A DNA stretch of 63,937 nt, filler included, from Candidatus Hydrogenedentota bacterium (GTDB lineage Bacteria; JBFMHD01): the NCBI GenBank assembly GCA_040752395.1. It is 4 parts of 4 records of this genome, joined end to end, with 100 filler letters (N's around TTAATTAATTAA, not from the genome) between each part and the next. Parts side by side here need not be neighbours in the genome. Positions count along the whole stretch, not along the records: positions 33,605 to 50,124 come from JBFMHD010000038.1; positions 50,225 to 63,937 come from JBFMHD010000061.1; 2 more parts are not named here. One strand, written 5' to 3'. Both the position numbers and the translations under genes were made by a program. Positions 44,997 through 55,123 of this stretch are shown here, piece by piece (position 1 is the stretch's first letter; each line of letters opens with the position of its first letter). Under the pieces are notes generated by a model. That model did no database searches, was not told the origin of the DNA, and saw nothing but the letters and a program-made list of their open reading frames with translations.

Positions 44997-46606
44997 TCAG
45001 AATCTTTTTAATCACGGTTATTTTAATTTTATGTTTGATATTTAGTCTGCCTGTGTATTGCAGGGAGCAGGATGCAGGTGCTACCACAGGTGATTTTCTT
45101 ACTATTGGTGTTAGTTCTCGGGCAGCTGCGATTGGAGAAGCTTATTCTGCATTTGCAGAGGGACCGGAAGGGCTTTTTTATAATCCCGCAGGACTGACAT
45201 CGAACCAGAGAGCAGAAGCTGGTTTTATGTATTATACCCTTTTTGAGGATATCTCTTTTAATTATCTGGGTTTTGTAAGACCTTTAAAAGAGAAAAAAAG
45301 TGCTTATGGTCTCGGGTTAATATATTTAGATTACGGTGATCTTGAACGTATCGGGCTTGATCCAGCCACAGGTGATCTTTTCAGGATGGGAACTTTTGAT
45401 GCTTATGATATGGCTTTAAGTGCTGGTTATGCTTACGATGTAGGTGAGGACATTACTTTAGGTGGGGCTTGTAAAGTTATTCAATCTAATATTGACAATG
45501 TTACTGCCAATGCGTTTGCTGTAGATTTAGGTGTCAAATTTCATTCGGTTTTTCGTTACCTTGATGCGAGTTTTGTGATTCAGAATATGGGGAGTAAAAT
45601 GAAATTTATTCAAGCAAAAGAAAATCTGCCGGTTACAATGAGAGCAGGATTAAACTGTCATCTTATAGAAGAGAGATTGAACATAGGGGTAGAAGTATTC
45701 AAAAGGAGCAGTGAAGATATTGAGGTGGGTGTAGGAGCAGAATTTTTCCCCTGGTACCAATTTTGTTTAAGGGTAGGATACAATTCCGAAGACGAGGCAC
45801 AGGATGGAGTAAGAGCCGGGTTTGGTGTTCTTTTTGATAATTTCAGGTTTGATTATGCTTATATTCCGAATGATAAATTTGAGGATGGCCACCGGTTCAC
45901 TGGTACGGTAATGTTCGGGCCTCCACCTCCTAAACCTTTACCACAAAAAGAAGAGATAGAAAAAGAAAAACCTTATATTGAGGAGGAAGAAGTTGAGGAG
46001 GAAGAAGTTTTAGAAGAAAAAGTTGAAGAAGAATATGAGAGAGAGATAGAAGAGGCAAAGAAGGAAAGAGAAAAAATAAAACTTAAAGAACAGAGAAAGA
46101 AGGAATTAGAAGAAGCTTTATCTACCGTCTTAGAAAAAGCCGAAAGAGAAGCATATATTAAAAAAGAAAAAGAGGTTATCAAGGAAGAGAGAGAAGAAGA
46201 GGTTACAAAGCGAGAGATACCAAAAGAAGTTGAAGAAGCAGTAGAAGTTGTTGAAGAAAAGGTAAGTTTAGAATATGCATTAGACCTTTTTAATAATAAA
46301 CAATACGAAGAATGTATAACTATATTGAAAGAGTTAGCAGAAAGACCAGATGCTGATTTTAATATTATTTACAATCTGGCAACAGCATATTATACAACTT
46401 ATCGTTTCGCATTAGCTACTAAATATTATCAGAAAGCTGTAGATTTAAAACCCACTGATGCTGACGCACATTTATATTTAGGGTATTCATACTATCAACT
46501 TGGTTCAATAGATAGAGCGGTATCAGAGTGGAAGATAGCTTACGAACTTAATCCGAATAATACTCAAGCACGAGACGCATTAAAAGCCTTTAACATTTCA
46601 GAATAA
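44993..46606 (+). CDS. PorV/PorQ-family outer-membrane beta-barrel fused to an E/K-rich linker and C-terminal TPRs
   Basis: FLTIGVSSRAAAIGEAY.A...FYNPAGL, AVDLG, LP.TMRAG, FDYAY.P; then PPPP, a charged helix and TPRs. Confidence 0.85.
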   Translation: MIRIFLITVILILCLIFSLPVYCREQDAGATTGDFLTIGVSSRAAAIGEAYSAFAEGPEGLFYNPAGLTSNQRAEAGFMYYTLFEDISFNYLGFVRPLKEKKSAYGLGLIYLDYGDLERIGLDPATGDLFRMGTFDAYDMALSAGYAYDVGEDITLGGACKVIQSNIDNVTANAFAVDLGVKFHSVFRYLDASFVIQNMGSKMKFIQAKENLPVTMRAGLNCHLIEERLNIGVEVFKRSSEDIEVGVGAEFFPWYQFCLRVGYNSEDEAQDGVRAGFGVLFDNFRFDYAYIPNDKFEDGHRFTGTVMFGPPPPKPLPQKEEIEKEKPYIEEEEVEEEEVLEEKVEEEYEREIEEAKKEREKIKLKEQRKKELEEALSTVLEKAEREAYIKKEKEVIKEEREEEVTKREIPKEVEEAVEVVEEKVSLEYALDLFNNKQYEECITILKELAERPDADFNIIYNLATAYYTTYRFALATKYYQKAVDLKPTDADAHLYLGYSYYQLGSIDRAVSEWKIAYELNPNNTQARDALKAFNISE

Positions 46607-46660
46607 AATTGCTTGACGAAATAAGTGTTTTATAATTCTAATATAGAGGGGTATACTACT

Positions 46661-47449
46661 ATGGTATCAAAGGAGAGATTTTTTAAAGTCAATTCGATAA
46701 TTTTTTTTGAAGGTGACTCTCCTGGTCCGATATATCTTATTCATGAGGGTTCTGTATTACTGATTAAAAGAGATTTAGATATCACTTACAAGGCAGGAAG
46801 AGGAGATCTTATAGGTGTTCCCTCTGCAATAGCTCAGATACCGAGACTTTATACAGCAAGGGTAGTAGAAGAAGTCACAGCTATTGAGATACCTATTTTG
46901 AATTTCAAAAATTTTATTAAGGGGAATATTCCGATAGCTTTAAAAATAGTTCAAAAGATGTGTGCTGAAATTAGAGATTTAAATCGGATACTTGCCGAAC
47001 CTATTGTTAGGATAGAGTCTGAAAAGGGGATGCTTGATATTGGAGATTATTTTTACGATAAAAACCAGGTAAAACAGGCTTTATATGTTTATGAGATTTA
47101 TCTCGAAACATATCCAGGGGTTGAAGATTACGAGGACATTGCGTTTAAACTTGCTGGTTTATATGAAAAATCAGGAAATAAAGAGAGGGCATGCGAACTA
47201 TACAAAAATCTTAGAGATAGATTTGCCCCTGATTCTATGAAATGGGAGGCTTATAACAAACTTGCAAGAACTATTGAACCATTTGCTGATGAAACAGCGG
47301 TTAAGAAAGATACATCATCACTTCTTGCAGAAGTTTTTGAAAGTATCGGTGGCAAGCACGTTGATAAAGAGAGTCCCCAAAAAGAGGGAGGGGACAAAGA
47401 TAATATATTAGGATTTCTTCTACAAGAGCAGGAGAAGAGTAAAGAATGA
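46661..47449 (+). CDS. Cyclic-nucleotide-binding domain + TPR protein
   Basis: IIFFEGD...YLIHEG.V..GDLIG..PRLYTA; C-terminal TPR-like helices. Confidence 0.75.
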   Translation: MVSKERFFKVNSIIFFEGDSPGPIYLIHEGSVLLIKRDLDITYKAGRGDLIGVPSAIAQIPRLYTARVVEEVTAIEIPILNFKNFIKGNIPIALKIVQKMCAEIRDLNRILAEPIVRIESEKGMLDIGDYFYDKNQVKQALYVYEIYLETYPGVEDYEDIAFKLAGLYEKSGNKERACELYKNLRDRFAPDSMKWEAYNKLARTIEPFADETAVKKDTSSLLAEVFESIGGKHVDKESPQKEGGDKDNILGFLLQEQEKSKE

Positions 47450-47820
47450 GTGTTGATCTTTTTAAAAAGTATGGGGTTACTTTTAACGAGAACGAGATTA
47501 TTTTCTGTGAGCATGAAAAAGGCGATAAGATGTATATTATTATGAATGGTGAGGTTAAGATATCACGCATTGGCAGGACACACGAGCAGGTGCTTGCTAT
47601 ACTTAAAGAAGGCGATATTTTTGGCGAGATGGCTATAGTTGAGGACAAACCGCGCTCAGCTACAGCTGTTTCTTTGACTTCAACGAGACTATTAGCATTT
47701 GGGAAGGAGGATTTTGATTTTATTTTTGACAGAGAACCAGAACTTGCAGTAAAATTGATAAGAATACTTGCAAAAAGATTAAAGGATACGTATGATATGT
47801 TAAAACGGAGCATCAGATGA
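47446..47820 (+). CDS. Stand-alone cyclic-nucleotide-binding domain protein (no HTH)
   Basis: MYIIMNGEVKI, GDIFGEMAIVEDKPRSATA. Confidence 0.9.
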   Translation: MSVDLFKKYGVTFNENEIIFCEHEKGDKMYIIMNGEVKISRIGRTHEQVLAILKEGDIFGEMAIVEDKPRSATAVSLTSTRLLAFGKEDFDFIFDREPELAVKLIRILAKRLKDTYDMLKRSIR

Positions 47821-49097
47821 CAGAGCTGGTTGAGATAAGTCCTGATGAAATTCAGGGGATTATAGAAGAAAACAGAGAATTAACAAAACAGGTATTTGAT
47901 TTAAAGTCGCTTTTTGAAGCGTGTAAATCTTTAGGAACAACACTTGATACCGCTAAAACACTTGAGAATTTGATAGTTGTTGCTACAAATCTTATGAGGG
48001 CACGCGATGCATCCATACTCCTTGTTGACAGAAGAACTGGTAATCTTATTTTTAAAATAACGCATGGTGCCAAAGGCACTGAACTTGTAGATATGGTCTT
48101 ACCACGCGGACATGGCATAGCTGGCTGGGTCGCTGAAAACGGAAAAGGGTTAATAGTGAATGATCCAGAGAATGACCCGAGATTTGATAAAACAGTCAGT
48201 GAAAAACTTAAATATAAAACAGAAACTTTATTAAGTGTACCTATTAAAAGCGGTGAGAAGGTTATAGGTGTTATCCAGCTCCTTAATAAAAAAGCAGGTG
48301 GCAAGTTTAATGAAAAAGACCTGAGATTACTTGAATCTTTTGGCTCTTATGCCGGGATAGTTCTTACTAATTCATTGATGTATGAAGATATAATGATTGA
48401 GAGCCGAGAAGAATTTGAAAAGACGATTGCGCTTGGAATACAGAAGAGTCTTCTCCCAGTAAGAAATCCACAAATCTCAGGTTTTGAATTATCTGTTTAT
48501 AATCATCCCTCAAAGATAGTCAGGGGTGATTACTATGATTTTTTAGAGAATAAAGATAATTTATATTTAGTATTAGAATCAAACACAGAAACCGGTATTA
48601 TCGCAAGTATATTAGCAACTATTTTCAGGAGTACACTGAAGAGTATTATATTATGTAATATTGATTTTAAAGATATAGACAGATATCTGAAAGAGGCGAT
48701 AAAGGATGATGTTGAGGGTAATCTTGATAAATTATCTTATTCTTTAATTCAGATAAACAAAGCAAGCAATGATATGTTATTTTTTACTACCGGGAAAATG
48801 TTAAGCGTAAAAATAACAAAGGAGACAATCTCTTCAATCAAATGTAATAACGAACCTCTAAAAATAGAATTGGGGTTTCGGGATAAACTATTATTTGTTT
48901 CAAATGGTGTGATAGATATACTCTCAAGAAATAGGGACGGTTTGAGTGCTGAAGCAAAACTTAAAGAGATAGTATCTTCAGGTTACGATATGGATACAGG
49001 GTCGTTAGTAGAAACTATTTTTATGTCATTATCATCAATCGCACCTGAAACCGAAATTTTAGAAGATATTACTTTAGTTGCAATTGAAAAGAAGTAG
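47817..49097 (+). CDS. GAF domain + degenerate SpoIIE/PP2C-like domain
   Basis: GHGIAGWVA..NDP.NDPRF..VP..IGVIQLLNK..FNEKD; IQKSLLP, GDYYDF; several metal-binding Asp residues substituted. Confidence 0.85.
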   Translation: MTELVEISPDEIQGIIEENRELTKQVFDLKSLFEACKSLGTTLDTAKTLENLIVVATNLMRARDASILLVDRRTGNLIFKITHGAKGTELVDMVLPRGHGIAGWVAENGKGLIVNDPENDPRFDKTVSEKLKYKTETLLSVPIKSGEKVIGVIQLLNKKAGGKFNEKDLRLLESFGSYAGIVLTNSLMYEDIMIESREEFEKTIALGIQKSLLPVRNPQISGFELSVYNHPSKIVRGDYYDFLENKDNLYLVLESNTETGIIASILATIFRSTLKSIILCNIDFKDIDRYLKEAIKDDVEGNLDKLSYSLIQINKASNDMLFFTTGKMLSVKITKETISSIKCNNEPLKIELGFRDKLLFVSNGVIDILSRNRDGLSAEAKLKEIVSSGYDMDTGSLVETIFMSLSSIAPETEILEDITLVAIEKK

Positions 49098-49106
49098 GGG
49101 ATCCAT

Positions 49107-49180
49107 GCGGTCGTAGCTCAGCTGGATAGAGCACAGGATTCCTAATCCTGGAGTCAGAGGTTCGATTCCTCCCGGCCGCG
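49107..49180 (+). tRNA. tRNA-Arg(CCT)
   Basis: GCGGTCG acceptor, AGCTCAGCTGGATAGAGC D-arm, CAGGA-TTCCTAA-TCCTG anticodon arm, GGTTCGATTCC; no encoded CCA. Confidence 0.95.
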
Positions 49181-49191
49181 AATTCCCATAT

Positions 49192-49507
49192 CTCCTTTGA
49201 AAAACATTGTAACTATAATAATATCAAGTAGAAGCAAGAGGCAAGAAGCAAGATAACGGAAAGAAAGATAACGAAAGAAGCAAGAGGCAAGAAGCAAGAT
49301 AACGAAAAAAGTAAGAAGTAAGAAGTGGGAAGTGAGAAGTATCAGGACAGGCTACGGGCTACGGACCACAGCCGGCTGGAGCCCGGAGTCTGAAGCCAAC
49401 ATATCATCCTTAGTTTTTCATCCTTTGTGTAGAACGCAATAACCCAATAACCCAAGAACCCAATAGTGTAGAACGCAAACGTGCTCCTGTTGACTCCTTA
49501 CTAAAAA
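49192..49507 (-). repeat. Modular repeat cluster after tRNA-Arg
   Basis: GAAGCAA/GATAACG tract, CAGGACAGGCTAC block, REP-like block. Confidence 0.88.
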
Positions 49508-49572
49508 TTTTAAAGGCTTATATTTTAAATACCGATTATTAGAGAAGACAAAAGACAGGAGATAAGGCAAAA

Positions 49573-50124
49573 ATGGATGTTATAGATTTTCATACGCATA
49601 CATTTTTAAGTGACGGCGATCTAGGACCTGAGGAACTTATTCAAAGAGCTACGGTAAAAGGATATAAAGCAATAGGGATAACTGACCATTGTGACGAGAC
49701 GACCTTAGATTGTTTAATAGAAAAGATGCTTATATTAAAAAAGAGAGTTAATACTTTTAATATAAAAGTTATACCAGGTATTGAATTGACCCATATCTTA
49801 CCTTCTAAAATAAAAAAGTTTGTAAAAAGAGCCCGAGAGAAGGGTATACCGCTTGTTATTGTTCATGGCGAGACACCTGTTGAACCTGTTAGAGAAGGCA
49901 CTAATAAAGAGGCAATAATCGCTGGCGCTGATATTCTCGCACATCCAGGTCATATTACTTTAGAAGAAATAAAGATGACTATTGATAATAATGTTTATCT
50001 TGAGATTACAGCACGAAAAGGCCATTCTCTTTTCAATGGATATTTATACAAATACTTTCAAAAATATAATTTCCCTGTTATTTGTTCTTCGGATGCTCAT
50101 TCAGCTGATGATCTATTAACCGAA
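49573..50124 (+). CDS. PHP-family phosphoesterase (histidinol-phosphatase-like), truncated at the contig end
   Basis: DFHTHT.LSDG, ITDH, GIELTH, VHGET.VEP, LAHPG, SDAH. Confidence 0.88.
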
Positions 50125-50224
50125 NNNNNNNNNNNNNNNNNNNNNNNNNNNNNNNNNNNNNNNNNNNNTTAATTAATTAANNNNNNNNNNNNNNNNNNNN
50201 NNNNNNNNNNNNNNNNNNNNNNNN
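50125..50224. other. Artificial contig joiner
   Basis: N spacer with TTAATTAATTAA; cuts the PHP gene. Confidence 0.95.
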
Positions 50225-50608
50225 ACAGGCTACAGGCTACGGACTATAGCCGGCTGGAGACAAAAGCCCAGAGCCTGCTGAAAAGTCTTGAGTCTTGAGT
50301 CCTGTTTTGACTCACGACTTGCGACTCGCGACTCACGACTCTTTTCATATCATCTTTAGTTTTTCATACTTTGTGTAGAGCGCAATAACCCAAGAACCAA
50401 ATAGTGTAGAGCGCAACCCGCGCTCATGAGTACTCCTCTGAAAAACTTTGTAACTATAATAATATCAGCTAGAAAGTCAAAAGTTAAAAGTAAAGAAAGC
50501 GAAAATATACACTTCCTTGCCGTATCTTTCAATTTTTTAATCTTTGAATCTTTGAATCTTTGTGCCTCTGTGCCTTTGAAAGTAAGAAGTAAGAAGTAAG
50601 AACTATCA
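50225..50608 (-). repeat. Modular repeat cluster at contig start
   Basis: GGCT/AGCC, GAGTC, REP-like GTAGAGCGCAACCCGCGCTC, CTCCTCTGAAAAAC and TTTGTGCC blocks. Confidence 0.88.
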
Positions 50609-50614
50609 GTAAAA

Positions 50615-52684
50615 CTAGTGAATTACAGATATTTCAATCTCTCTGTCTCTTTGTCTGGTTTTTATAGATTCTATAAATTTAACAGAATCTATTTTAACAG
50701 TAGAATACAAACTAACAATTTTTTTATTTAATAAAAAGACATTGTTTATGCTTTCAATTGTGAAATTATCTTTATATTCTAAACTCACCTCGTTTTTCAC
50801 TATCCCGGCATAGAGCGACTGAAATAAAATAAGAATATTTTTATACAATGGAGGTAAGCTGATTTCAAGTGGTAGAGGATCATCCCATGCTATTTTATTC
50901 TCACATAAAGGTAATGACGGGACCGTAAGAAAAATATATTGAAGTATAGTATCTTTAGAACCGATATATTTATAAAATCTGAAGATATTTTTATAGATGA
51001 TAAAATAGAGTCTGGAATCTCTGTTTTTAAGATATGTCGTTCCATCAGTATCCATTACAACTTCAATCCTTTCTTTGGTCTCCTTGTTATTTATCCTAAA
51101 ATTATATTCGAAAGTATCTCCTAATAAAAGCTCAAATACTTTCTTCTTTTTTATTGAACTATAAATTGAAGATAATAACTGACCTTTTTGTGGAGAAATC
51201 GTTGGATAGAATCTCCTGTTTAATAAAACCTGTTCAAAATTAAACTCTATAGTAGGTGAAGAATTAGCTACACCTGTCTGGAGCTGGATATGAATATGCG
51301 GTGCGGGCGAATAACCCGAATTACCACAATATCCTATAAGTTGACCTGTCTCTACATACGAACCAACCAATGGTATAATAGAGCCTTTTTTTAAATGACA
51401 TATCTTCACGTAAAACTCACGACTATCATAAATTATAATGTAATTACCCCAGTTATCTTCTCTGTTAACAGAACCTATATCATTATCCGGGATATCATTG
51501 ACTACAGCAGAAACACTACCTGATACTGGTGAAAATACAGGTTTAGCATAAGCATAATAACTCTCTAATCTAGCCGGGTTCCCTTCATATTGTTCGTTTT
51601 TATCATTAACAAGAACAAAATCTACGCCGTATTTCCACGGCCCCTTATGCGTGATCTCATCATCAAACCCCTGAGAAAGCTTCCATTCACCTGAAAATGG
51701 GAGAGATATTAATGGATAGGAAAACCCGAATCGGGTAGTATAATTTATATAAAAATCGAGGTTAGTCTCTGGATTCTTTAGATACGTATATATCCGTAGT
51801 TTCCAGTTTATAATATCAGAATAATAAATGAAACATAAAACAGTAATATTGAATGGCAGAGTAAAGACAGGGATACCATAAGTCCCTACAAAGACTTCTG
51901 TTGCACCAAGTATAACATAAGAAACAGCTACAGCAAAAATAGCTATAATATAGGATTTAAAAGACGGGATTAGATAAATGCTACCAATGGCAATAGCTAT
52001 CAATATGTAATTAAAATAATTCAGATTTAAATATGTTGAATCAAGGGTTGAGTTAAATTCACCTGTAATAATCGCACCTGCGTAATACCCGATAATTGAG
52101 AGCAGAAAAACTATACGTGAATGTAATAAGAGTGCGAAAGCTACAAGTAACCCAACGATAATGTTTTTTGAGAAAAATATCGAGCCAAGCGATAAAAAAT
52201 AACCATTAAGCCATATTGGTAAATTAGATATAGTAACAGATGGCTGAGGTATAAGATAATTCGAGAATAGATTTGAGCTTCTTATTGTAGCAAGATACAC
52301 AAAAGAACTGACAATAACAAAAGGGAGGCTTAATACAGGTAACCCTGTATATTTTTTTAATAAAAAATTTAATACTACGCTAAGAACAAAAGCAAGTATG
52401 GCTGATGCAAAAATAAGTAAGCCGGTTAATATAGATATTTTAAATAAAACACCTATGGATAAACCAACAAGTAAAGGATTATAATAATAAAAAGGTTCGA
52501 ATCTTAATTCAGGTGAGAACGTTAATTTATTAAAAAGATATGCTGAAAAAATAGCAGCCAGGCCACAAAGCCCTGTGTTAAAATCAAGCAAAGTAGCAAT
52601 AAATACAATGATACCGAGTAATAAATTATCAGTAAAAAATATTTCAGAATATATAATGAGTAATCTTTTTACTTTTTCCCACAT
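50615..52684 (-). CDS. Urea-transporter-like membrane domain fused to an M23 (LytM) peptidase domain
   Basis: About 10 TM segments with YSEIFF, YNPLLVGL, LPVLSLPF, IPVFTLPF (UT-like); THKG..YGVDF, WGNY, HL, GYCGNSGYS.APHIH (M23). Confidence 0.8.
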   Translation of the reverse strand: MWEKVKRLLIIYSEIFFTDNLLLGIIVFIATLLDFNTGLCGLAAIFSAYLFNKLTFSPELRFEPFYYYNPLLVGLSIGVLFKISILTGLLIFASAILAFVLSVVLNFLLKKYTGLPVLSLPFVIVSSFVYLATIRSSNLFSNYLIPQPSVTISNLPIWLNGYFLSLGSIFFSKNIIVGLLVAFALLLHSRIVFLLSIIGYYAGAIITGEFNSTLDSTYLNLNYFNYILIAIAIGSIYLIPSFKSYIIAIFAVAVSYVILGATEVFVGTYGIPVFTLPFNITVLCFIYYSDIINWKLRIYTYLKNPETNLDFYINYTTRFGFSYPLISLPFSGEWKLSQGFDDEITHKGPWKYGVDFVLVNDKNEQYEGNPARLESYYAYAKPVFSPVSGSVSAVVNDIPDNDIGSVNREDNWGNYIIIYDSREFYVKICHLKKGSIIPLVGSYVETGQLIGYCGNSGYSPAPHIHIQLQTGVANSSPTIEFNFEQVLLNRRFYPTISPQKGQLLSSIYSSIKKKKVFELLLGDTFEYNFRINNKETKERIEVVMDTDGTTYLKNRDSRLYFIIYKNIFRFYKYIGSKDTILQYIFLTVPSLPLCENKIAWDDPLPLEISLPPLYKNILILFQSLYAGIVKNEVSLEYKDNFTIESINNVFLLNKKIVSLYSTVKIDSVKFIESIKTRQRDREIEISVIH

Positions 52685-52739
52685 TTAATATCCTTAAATT
52701 ATGGTTCTTCGGCATCAGGTAGCATAGCGGTCACCAACT

Positions 52740-54086
52740 TTATATCTTCTTTAATCGTTCAGGTATCCTCTCTTTTCTTATAACATCTTCTAAAGTCTCC
52801 TTTTCGCGAATAACTTCTATTTGCTTGTTCTCTGAAATAAGCACAATATTTGGTCTATATTCAATAAACTGCATCCACTGAGTGATGCAATAAGCGCCCA
52901 CAGGATTCATTACAAGTGGTGTTCCCGCGGACAAAGGTGGGAGTTTGACAGCCTCTCTGATTACATCAATGTTCATACATAATGGTCCATAAAGCGTAAC
53001 GTCTTCAGCAGGTCCCTCAATATCAATACCAACTTTTATAGGTATATCGTACCAGGTTGATGTATATAAAAGATTTATTCCTGCATCAAGAATATATGTT
53101 TTTCTACCATCAAAAAGACGTTTCGAACCAGTAACTGTTGTTAATAAATAGCCGGCTTCGTCAACTATAGCTCTACCACTTTCTAAATAAACGATGGGAA
53201 ATTTATCTGGCGCCAGTCTTGATAAAAGCACTTCACCGATAGCTTTTGCAAAATCCTCGATTGGTGGGATAGAAAAATCAGGTGATAGATAAATACCCTT
53301 CAGTTTATTCTTTGATGGGAAGCCACCACCTAAATCTATGTATTCAATATTGATATTCAGTTCTTTTTCAAGGATGGAAGAGAAATACAACAACTTTTCG
53401 GTCTCAACCTGATAAGCCTGTGGCGATAAAATAAAAGTGCCGATGTGACAATGCAACCCGGCCAAATTAAGTTTACCGCTCTTTGTTAATCTTTTCGCTG
53501 CGGAGAATGCTTGACCACTCTCATAATTAAACCCGAACCGGGACCACAGCGGGTAGATGCCTGAATCAAGGTTCAGTCTGATGCCTACATCGATCTTTTT
53601 ATTAAGTTTTAAAGCTATCTCCTCAAGTCTATATATCTCATCAAAATTATCTATATTGATTATAGCATTATCTTTAACAGCCTTTTCTAAGATACCCTCT
53701 CTTTTGTAAGGTCCATTAAAAATTATTTTATTGCCAGGTACACCGAGATATCTTGCTTTCTCATATTCAAACTCAGATACAACCTCAGCAAGACAATCTT
53801 CAGAATGAAGGATAGAACATATCGCCCCAAGATAATTAGTCTTATACGACCAGGCAAAGACTATTTTGGGATAGTAGGTTTTAAAAATTCGTTGATAATT
53901 TCTTATTGTTTCTCTTAATTTTTTTTCAGAAAATACAAAGACAGGTGAACCATACTTGCTGATAATATCTTTAACAGGCACCCCATCAATCTCAGAAGTC
54001 GTTCTTTCATAATAGGCTGACTGGAATTTATTAACAAACCCTATGCTCTGCTCTGTGAACATAGGTTTCTCATAGATCCTTTTCAT
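52740..54086 (-). CDS. Group IV PLP-dependent decarboxylase (diaminopimelate-decarboxylase-like)
   Basis: YGSP.FV, WSYKTN (PLP Lys), IIFNGP.K, HCHIGT, DLGGG, ESGR, GPLCMNID, GAY. Confidence 0.85.
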   Translation of the reverse strand: MKRIYEKPMFTEQSIGFVNKFQSAYYERTTSEIDGVPVKDIISKYGSPVFVFSEKKLRETIRNYQRIFKTYYPKIVFAWSYKTNYLGAICSILHSEDCLAEVVSEFEYEKARYLGVPGNKIIFNGPYKREGILEKAVKDNAIINIDNFDEIYRLEEIALKLNKKIDVGIRLNLDSGIYPLWSRFGFNYESGQAFSAAKRLTKSGKLNLAGLHCHIGTFILSPQAYQVETEKLLYFSSILEKELNINIEYIDLGGGFPSKNKLKGIYLSPDFSIPPIEDFAKAIGEVLLSRLAPDKFPIVYLESGRAIVDEAGYLLTTVTGSKRLFDGRKTYILDAGINLLYTSTWYDIPIKVGIDIEGPAEDVTLYGPLCMNIDVIREAVKLPPLSAGTPLVMNPVGAYCITQWMQFIEYRPNIVLISENKQIEVIREKETLEDVIRKERIPERLKKI

Positions 54087-55123
54087 AAGCTTTCTCCTTT
54101 TATAGTAATATTTTCAAAATCTGTTATATTTTTTATAATTTCGCCTGTATAACGGATTAATAACCTACCAGGTTTATATCCCATTCTAAATTTTTTTTTA
54201 CCCTCAGTAAGATTTAATACATATCTATGAGGAAGATTTATACCGACAGCTGTAGCAAGATAGACCCATGCAGGGAATCTCGGGTTTATCTCAAGAAGAT
54301 ATAATTCTTCTTTTGGTGTCATTCTGAACTCGAGCTCGAACCCGCCTCTGAAATGTGTCACTTCTATAAATTTTTTGCCCACCCCTATCATTCTTGGATT
54401 ATCAATTGTTACTGCAGTCCAGATTTTTCCAAGCTGAGTCAATAACAATTTCTTAGCAGCAACTAATCCTAAACACTCGCCGTCTTTGCTGCCAAGCCCC
54501 ACAAGGTTATAGTCATTACCTGTAATAAATTGCTGAACAAGAACAGGGAACCCCCATTTTTTTGAGAGCTGGTCAAAATAATTGTGAGCTTCGTAATAAG
54601 AGCTCACCCTGTATGCTTCGTAAAAACATCCTTTCACAATCGCCGGAAAACCAACATTCTCTAAAGCTCTGTTTAGCTCCTCAAACGTTGAGACCGAAAA
54701 AGTTAATGGCACTCTAATTTTAATCCTTTCGGCAAGATGAGCCAGGTTCGCTTTATTACAACTCTCAAATTGCTCTCTTGTCGGCACAATCAATCTTATA
54801 TCTCTTTTTTTAAGTAAATTGTAATTCTTTATATAATGAGGTAATTCAGAATCAAACGCAGGTATGATTATATTAACCTTCTCTTTCCCACAAATATACA
54901 TAAGTCTATCAAGATATTTTTCTATCGAAGATGAGGGGTATGGAAGTAGATATCCTTTACTGATAAAATTATCAAGATATAAGCCAGGATCCATAGCATC
55001 ATACGACAAACCTATACACCGATACTTAGAATTAGCCTCCCTCAGACTTCGAATGATACCATAACCCGAACCAGGATTATCTACAATATTAATCCCTGAA
55101 ACAGCGATGGTCAGTCTCTTCAC
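54083..55123 (-). CDS. ATP-grasp ligase
   Basis: GFPAIVKG, VLVQQFITG, LLEINPRFPAW. Confidence 0.88.
   Translation of the reverse strand: MKRLTIAVSGINIVDNPGSGYGIIRSLREANSKYRCIGLSYDAMDPGLYLDNFISKGYLLPYPSSSIEKYLDRLMYICGKEKVNIIIPAFDSELPHYIKNYNLLKKRDIRLIVPTREQFESCNKANLAHLAERIKIRVPLTFSVSTFEELNRALENVGFPAIVKGCFYEAYRVSSYYEAHNYFDQLSKKWGFPVLVQQFITGNDYNLVGLGSKDGECLGLVAAKKLLLTQLGKIWTAVTIDNPRMIGVGKKFIEVTHFRGGFELEFRMTPKEELYLLEINPRFPAWVYLATAVGINLPHRYVLNLTEGKKKFRMGYKPGRLLIRYTGEIIKNITDFENITIKGESL

Noticed and set aside
52700-52726. Tiny minus-strand ORF MLPDAEEP between the decarboxylase and UT-M23 genes as a RiPP precursor
   Set aside because: Only 8 codons with no leader/core structure; expected by chance
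52740-54086. Assigning the symbol lysA
   Set aside because: The fold is clear but the substrate is not; the operon context suggests a specialised paralog
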